Shown here: positions 58,729-64,000 of the stretch, in pieces | How the letters are laid out: each line of letters opens with the position of its first letter | How positions within the stretch are numbered: position 1 is the first letter of the stretch | NCBI GenBank assembly: GCA_041659045.1 | Contig: JBAZZB010000001.1 | Span: 262,111 to 326,110, forward strand | DNA: 64,000 bases | Source of the DNA: Patescibacteria group bacterium | Lineage (GTDB): Bacteria > Patescibacteriota > Patescibacteriia > SG8-24 > DYFX01 | Direction of reading: 5' to 3' | Made by a program: the position numbers and the translations under genes | Notes under the pieces: generated by a model | What the model was told of the DNA's origin: nothing | The model's database searches: none | Seen by the model: only the letters and a program-made list of their open reading frames with translations

Positions 58729-59103
58729 ATGCCGTCTTCCAAGAGGCCCCTCGACACATGGTCCGATGAGGAACTGATTGCGCGCTTCGGAGAAAGCGCC
58801 AAAAAGATGCCTTGGCCGAAGCTCCTTGGCTACCTCCAGCGGCCCGGCTACAGCAAGCCGATGCGCGTCTACCTGATCTGGTGTTACCGCTGTCGCCTGT
58901 CGCCGAACAAGGGCTTCACCGTCACGCACGCGCACGGTCATGAGCGGCGTCTGCAGTGCGCCTACTGCAAGGAACGCTACGACCAGCTTCTGCCTGAGCG
59001 GAAAATAGGGGATTTGTTCCTCAACCCGCATCGGCATCTTCGCTTCACGATCTTCCTCTTTCTGTGCCTCGCGTTCATTCTGCGAATCGCCTCACGTTGC
59101 TGA
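58729..59103 (+). CDS. Hypothetical Zn-ribbon membrane protein
   Basis: AAGGAGG SD; CYRC...CAYC; C-terminal TM helix. Confidence 0.65.
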   Translation: MPSSKRPLDTWSDEELIARFGESAKKMPWPKLLGYLQRPGYSKPMRVYLIWCYRCRLSPNKGFTVTHAHGHERRLQCAYCKERYDQLLPERKIGDLFLNPHRHLRFTIFLFLCLAFILRIASRC

Positions 59104-59143
59104 GGCGTTTTTTTATGAAAGAAAAAACTCTCCGAGTGGAGAG

Positions 59144-59779
59144 TTAGCGTGGAGACCAGAGTCTTGGTCCAAGGACCCGAAGCAGGTCGTCCGTCTTGAG
59201 CGTTTTGCGCTTCATCAATTCCAGTACGAGCCGGGCGAAAGCGTCTTGGTGCTTCCTGAGGCGGCCACGTGCTTCTTCCAGTGTGTCATTCATGAAGGCA
59301 CGGGCGCGCAGGGATGGCTGTGCTCGGTACATCGCAGCGACATCGAAGCGCAGGTTCACTCCACCGCGCAGGTGCTTGAGCTGCATTGATTCGTGGTGGG
59401 TGGCGAGCTTCTCGGCAAGCTCACGCGCTTCGACAAGGTCGTTGGTGAAGTGTCCACCGCGTACCTTGTTGTTGAGAAGCAGAGCTCCCGCCAAGCCGCC
59501 GAGTGCGCCGACCAGGCTGTCGTACAGCTGTGCAGACGTCTCCGTTTTTTCGAACGTGTAGAGCACCTGACCACCGAAAACGCCAACGCGTTCGATCGTC
59601 ACGCTCTCAACGCTACTGACGAAGGGGGAATACCAGACGACAATCGCGTGGCCCGCTTCATGGTGGGCCGAATCAAGGTCACTACTCTCGGGGCTGGAGC
59701 GGGGAGTCGTCCTCTGCCCCTGACCGAACTGGTTGATGAGGTCTAGCAAATCAAGGAACGGATCGTTCGCTGGCGTCAT
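59144..59779 (-). CDS. Stand-alone FtsH/M41-like metallopeptidase domain
   Basis: AHHEAGHAIV...VTI...GG...LGGLAG...NDL; no AAA domain; GGAGG SD. Confidence 0.75.
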   Translation of the reverse strand: MTPANDPFLDLLDLINQFGQGQRTTPRSSPESSDLDSAHHEAGHAIVVWYSPFVSSVESVTIERVGVFGGQVLYTFEKTETSAQLYDSLVGALGGLAGALLLNNKVRGGHFTNDLVEARELAEKLATHHESMQLKHLRGGVNLRFDVAAMYRAQPSLRARAFMNDTLEEARGRLRKHQDAFARLVLELMKRKTLKTDDLLRVLGPRLWSPR

Positions 59780-59913
59780 CTATGCCTCCGTGTTCGAAAC
59801 GTTTTCGAACAGCCGAAGTCTACGTGCCTTCTCATACCCGGTCAACCCATGGAGGGGAGCGGGTTTGGCACCCCAAGATTCCGCCTTAAGATGTGTCCGA
59901 CAATATATCTTAT

Positions 59914-60099
59914 GCGACACAAGAGCCTAAACAAAGAAAGCCGGATTGCCCGATTTGGCCTTGATCCGGCTTTGTTTGGATTCGGTCCCTCATCATGCTG
60001 CGGCGATCTTCTCCTCTGCCTCTGCCGCCCGGTTCCTGGTAGCTGGATGTTTGGACGCCAGGTCCGGTTCTCGTACGCGGCTCGATCAAGCTTGTGTCG
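59914..60099 (-). ncRNA. Candidate structured ncRNA (~185 nt, possibly 6S-like)
   Basis: TATAAT at 60108-60103; 9-bp end pairing CGACACAAG/CTTGTGTCG; internal stems. Confidence 0.4.
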
Positions 60100-60123
60100 T
60101 ACATTATACCGCTTGGACCTCTC

Positions 60124-61044
60124 CTAGGACTTTAGTTTGAAGAAGATCTTATCGCCGAAACGGACGTCGATGTAGTCGAGATTCATGCGGTCACCACCCA
60201 CCTTGTTCTTGAGAATCGCTTGGGCGTTCCCCAGCTGCTCTGGGACGTTTCCTGAGGCATCGAGGTAGATCGCCCACCCCTCAGAGGTCACAGCGCGAAG
60301 TGTTTGGGAGCTCATGCCGTCGATATGCGTCTCGGTGAGGTATGGGGCGCGGTTGAAGCGCGCGTCGAAGTGTTTGGGGAGATCAATGACCGTCTGTACG
60401 GTCTCAGGACGCACGGCTTGGTCTCGGAGCTCGAGCTTTTCGTTCTTGTCGTCGTAGAGGATCGGGTACTGCGCGCGCGTGCGTCCTTGCTGCTCGTCGA
60501 GCGACGGACCGAGCTTTGGCACTACGTCGAGTGCTTCCTCGGCCTTGTAGAGTCTCGTAACCGCGCCCTCAAGATCGACGAGACCTTGGCTACCGTCCGG
60601 GAGCTGCAAGAGTACGGCTGAGACGCGTTCTTTGAGATCGATGACGAGTGTGTGCGGCGGATGCTTCGTGACGCTCAGAGATTCAAGCACGAAACGTTCG
60701 TTCAGGACGGTTACGATGTCTTCTTCAGAGACGATGAGCAAGCTTGCCTTGGGCAGAAAGAGCCACCGGCGGCCCTTGAGGAGTTCTGTCACGGCGTCTT
60801 GGACTTCCCAGGACGGTACGCGATCGGATCCATTCACTTGGATGTCAGTAACGCGAAAGGTGGAGGAGAAGGCGATGAACCAGACCCAACCGCCCACGGC
60901 CACAAAACCGATCAGGAAGATCACGCGGCCACGCCAGCGTTTACGGTCTTCGCGTCCGCCACGCGACGGCTCAAAAAGAGGATTTGAAAATGATTTGCGC
61001 GAATAGTCGCGGCGCACGTTTCGCGCGCGGATCCATCGGCTCAT
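60124..61044 (-). CDS. ftsQ: FtsQ/DivIB-like POTRA protein
   Basis: TM helix, FRVTDIQVNG, PHTLVIDLKER and YIDVRFGDKIF; downstream of ddl. Confidence 0.8.
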   Translation of the reverse strand: MSRWIRARNVRRDYSRKSFSNPLFEPSRGGREDRKRWRGRVIFLIGFVAVGGWVWFIAFSSTFRVTDIQVNGSDRVPSWEVQDAVTELLKGRRWLFLPKASLLIVSEEDIVTVLNERFVLESLSVTKHPPHTLVIDLKERVSAVLLQLPDGSQGLVDLEGAVTRLYKAEEALDVVPKLGPSLDEQQGRTRAQYPILYDDKNEKLELRDQAVRPETVQTVIDLPKHFDARFNRAPYLTETHIDGMSSQTLRAVTSEGWAIYLDASGNVPEQLGNAQAILKNKVGGDRMNLDYIDVRFGDKIFFKLKS

Positions 61045-62111
61045 ACGGAGGTCTTCAAGCGGCGACGTCTCGCGTGCCGTTCCAATGCCAAGCGTACCAG
61101 TCGGTCGATCAGTTTCGGATAAGAAAGACCGGAGGCAGCCCAGAGTTTCGGATACATGCTGATCTTCGTGAAGCCGGGAATCGTGTTGACTTCATTCACG
61201 ACAAACGTGCCGTTCTTCTTCATGAAAAAATCGACGCGTGCCATCCCTTCGAGGCCGAGTGTTTTGAAGGTGCGCACGGCCAAGGCTTGTGCCTTACGCA
61301 AAAGCGCCTTTGGCAGCTTGGCCGGGATCATGAGGCCGGCGCCGTTTTCGTCGAGGTATTTCGCCTCGTAGGAATAAAAATCGTGATGTGGAATGACCTC
61401 GCCGGCTACAGAGGCTTCGGGCATTTCGTTGCCCAGGACGGCGACTTCGATTTCGCGACCGATGACAGCTTCTTCGATCAGGATTTTGTCGTCGTACGAG
61501 AAGGCGTCGGCAATGGCGGCGCGAAGCTCCTTATCGTTTTTCGCTTTTGCGACGCCGACGGAGGATCCCTGATTGGCCGGCTTCACAAAGACAGGTTTTC
61601 CCAGTCGCTTCCAGATGGCCGAAAGTTTGATCGCGTCTCCCCTGCCGTACGTCAAAAAATCAGCGACGGGGATGCGTGCATCGCGCAGAAGTCGTTTGGC
61701 GACATCCTTGTCCATGCCGACGGCGGAGCCGAGAATGTCCGGACCGACGAACGGCAGATCGAGCATACGGAGCAAGCCCTGAATGCTTCCGTCTTCTCCG
61801 TAGGTGCCGTGCAAGACAGGAAAGACAACATCGATAGGACCAATCCCCTCGCGACCAGGACGGAGTGCGAGTTCTTTCGTCTTGGCAACGTTGATGGCGA
61901 TTTTCTTCGGATCGGACGCGTTCAAAAGATAGGACTCCCCTGCCGCGCCCAGCCAGCGGCCGTCTTTACCGATACCGATCAGTGAAACGTCGTACAGATT
62001 TTTATCGACAGCTTCAATAATGCTGCGCGCCGACAGCAAAGAAATTTCGTGCTCCGATGAGCGTCCGCCGAACAAGATACCAAGACGGATTTTTCGTTTC
62101 TGCTTCTTCAT
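61041..62111 (-). CDS. ddl: D-alanine--D-alanine ligase
   Basis: GGRSSEHEIS, HGTYGEDG, GSSVG, FYSYEAKY and NEVNTIPG motifs. Confidence 0.97.
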   Translation of the reverse strand: MKKQKRKIRLGILFGGRSSEHEISLLSARSIIEAVDKNLYDVSLIGIGKDGRWLGAAGESYLLNASDPKKIAINVAKTKELALRPGREGIGPIDVVFPVLHGTYGEDGSIQGLLRMLDLPFVGPDILGSAVGMDKDVAKRLLRDARIPVADFLTYGRGDAIKLSAIWKRLGKPVFVKPANQGSSVGVAKAKNDKELRAAIADAFSYDDKILIEEAVIGREIEVAVLGNEMPEASVAGEVIPHHDFYSYEAKYLDENGAGLMIPAKLPKALLRKAQALAVRTFKTLGLEGMARVDFFMKKNGTFVVNEVNTIPGFTKISMYPKLWAASGLSYPKLIDRLVRLALERHARRRRLKTSV

Positions 62112-63250
62112 ACCAGGATACGAGGGAGGAGCGGATTAATACGCGTCACAACTTCGTAATTGATCGTGCCGAGTTTTGCCGCGAGATCATCGGCGGTGAT
62201 GGCTGCGCGACCATCTTCACCAAGCAAAAGAACCTCGTCTTCAGCGCGAACGTCAGGAATATCCGATACGTCGATCATGCACATGTTCATGCAGACGCGC
62301 CCAAGAATCTTGGCCTTGCGACCTCGCACCAACACTTCGCCGATAGAAGAAAGTCCGCGGTCGTAGCCGTCCCAATATCCGATGCCAAGAACCGCGACCT
62401 TGCCGTTCTTAGACATTTTTTCGGTGAGGCCGTAACTGACAGGTGTGCCGCGCTTTACGTCCTTGATCTGCGCGATCGTGGTCTTCCAAGCAAGCGCCGG
62501 GCGCAGTTCAATATCGAGACCTTTCGCTTGCGCGTCGAGCTGTGTTTCCAACGAGGGCCACAAGCCGTAGAGACCGATACCGACGCGCACAAGATTAAAA
62601 TGCGTGTCAGGAAAAAGAAGAGCCGCGGCTGTGCAAGCCGTGTGTTTCACGTCAGGACGGAAGCCGTGCGCTTCCAAAATATCGAGCGCGTTGCGGTAGG
62701 TTTCCAATTGCCCTGCAGCGTAGTCGTGATCGGTCGCGTCTTCGATGTTGGCGTAGTGCGTGGAGAGGCCTTCGAGCACCAGATTCTTGGCGCTCTTGAT
62801 TGTCTGGGCGATGTCCGGAAGTTCGCGAAGTTCCGCGCCTTGGCGCGTTGTGCCGGTTTCGGCCTTGAGATGCAGATAGCCGCGCTTGCCGGTTTTCGTA
62901 GCCGCGCTCTTGGCGGCGCGCACCTGTTCAAGCGTCGAGACGGTCATGCGAAGCCCGGCGCGCACGGCGTCTTGCATGCGCCAAGAAGGCGTGAAGCCTA
63001 AAATCAAAACAGGTTTCTTGATGCCGGCTTTGCGGAGCGCCAAACCCTCGTCGACGTTATCAACGCCGAACCAGTCGAGATGCGGTTGAACGGTTTTGGC
63101 GACCAGAGCGAGACCGTGGCCGTAGGCGTTCGATTTTACGACGGCCATGACAGCGACACTGGCACCCGCGCGACGCTTAAAAATCTTGGCGTTCGCAACC
63201 AAGGCGCTTTTGGAAATCTCCACCCAAGTTTTGGGGCCTCCTTTCCCCAT
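62108..63250 (-). CDS. alr: Alanine racemase
   Basis: AVVKSNAYGHG, VRVGIGLYG, GYWDG and GRVCM motifs. Confidence 0.96.
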   Translation of the reverse strand: MGKGGPKTWVEISKSALVANAKIFKRRAGASVAVMAVVKSNAYGHGLALVAKTVQPHLDWFGVDNVDEGLALRKAGIKKPVLILGFTPSWRMQDAVRAGLRMTVSTLEQVRAAKSAATKTGKRGYLHLKAETGTTRQGAELRELPDIAQTIKSAKNLVLEGLSTHYANIEDATDHDYAAGQLETYRNALDILEAHGFRPDVKHTACTAAALLFPDTHFNLVRVGIGLYGLWPSLETQLDAQAKGLDIELRPALAWKTTIAQIKDVKRGTPVSYGLTEKMSKNGKVAVLGIGYWDGYDRGLSSIGEVLVRGRKAKILGRVCMNMCMIDVSDIPDVRAEDEVLLLGEDGRAAITADDLAAKLGTINYEVVTRINPLLPRILV

Positions 63251-63253
63251 AGG

Positions 63254-64000
63254 TTATTTTCCGATGTGCGTTTTACCGCCCATCCACGGGCTCAGAACTT
63301 TCGGGATACGGATCGTGCCATCGGCTTCCTGGAAGTTTTCCATGATGGCGATCAAGAGGCGCCCCATGGCGATGCAAGTGGCATCGTTCATATGCACGAA
63401 CTGCATCTCGCCCGAGTCGCGGCGCACGCGCGTGTTCAAGCGGCGCGCTTGGTAGTCGGTCATCAAATCGGACGTGTGCGTTTCGCGATACTTGTTCTGG
63501 CCCGGCATCCAAGACTCAATGTCGATTTGTCGTGAGTCGGGTCCGCCCATGTCGCCGGTGCAAACCTGTACGACCTGATACGGCACACCGAGAATTTTGA
63601 GGATGTGTTCCTGGACAGCAACGAAAAGACCCTGTTCCGCGCGCGACTGCTCGGGCAGCGAGAAAGATTCCATTTCGATTTTATCGAACTGGTGGAGACG
63701 CAGAATGCCTTTTGTGTCCTTGCCGTAGGAACCAGCCTCGCGGCGGAAGGCGGGCGTGTAGGCGACGTAGCGGCGCGGCAGCTCGGCTTCCTTAAACGTT
63801 TCGTCCATGTGAATAGGACCAAGCGTGTGCTCGGCGCTGCCGATCAGGAAGAGGTCGTCGGAAGGAATGTGATAGCGCTCATCGCGTGGTTCCAGACGCG
63901 CCATGCGTGCGAACACCTCCGGCTTGATCATGAGCGGCGGAATGACCGGCACGAACGGCGTGGACGGTACGGAAAGTCCGGCCTCTTTGATGACGACGGA
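63254..64000 (-). CDS. serS: Serine--tRNA ligase (5' partial)
   Basis: FRREAGSYGKDTKGILRLHQFDKIE, TDYQARRL and ENFQ..DG motifs. Confidence 0.96.
   Translation of the reverse strand, partial: SVVIKEAGLSVPSTPFVPVIPPLMIKPEVFARMARLEPRDERYHIPSDDLFLIGSAEHTLGPIHMDETFKEAELPRRYVAYTPAFRREAGSYGKDTKGILRLHQFDKIEMESFSLPEQSRAEQGLFVAVQEHILKILGVPYQVVQVCTGDMGGPDSRQIDIESWMPGQNKYRETHTSDLMTDYQARRLNTRVRRDSGEMQFVHMNDATCIAMGRLLIAIMENFQEADGTIRIPKVLSPWMGGKTHIGK

Noticed and set aside
59910-60104. 64-aa ORF
   Set aside because: Its ATG overlaps the -10 box, there is no SD, and it runs through strong hairpins
1-64000. CRISPR array, IS transposase, prophage, rRNA, retron or DGR
   Set aside because: No regularly spaced repeats and no transposase, RT or phage structural motifs were recognised

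Overview
Bacterial chromosomal window, most likely from a Patescibacteria/CPR (Parcubacteria-like) genome. This is an inference from the alpha-CTD-less RpoA, truncated AlaRS, GAGC-type signal peptides and near-leaderless core genes. The genetic code is standard (TGA ends infA, rpsI and clpB). Core content: rlmN (partial), mnmA, alaS, infA-rpmJ-rpsM-rpsK-rpsD-rpoA-rplQ-rplM-rpsI, a flippase/glycosyltransferase cluster, def-fmt, a block of secreted hydrolases, pgi, a Fic plus type I R-M island, CIRCE-controlled clpB, gltX and serS-alr-ddl-ftsQ. About 15 small orphan or accessory genes are interspersed; all carry Shine-Dalgarno sites, whereas core genes essentially lack them. The top finding is non-coding. 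A 72-nt non-canonical tRNA-like gene (41020-41091) has alanine identity elements (G3.U70, A73), a UGA anticodon and no long variable arm. It is followed by a separately promoted ~60-nt RNA whose predicted 5' end is antisense to its anticodon and D arms, making a candidate tRNA/anti-tRNA module. All product calls come from motif recognition by eye; no database searches were run.
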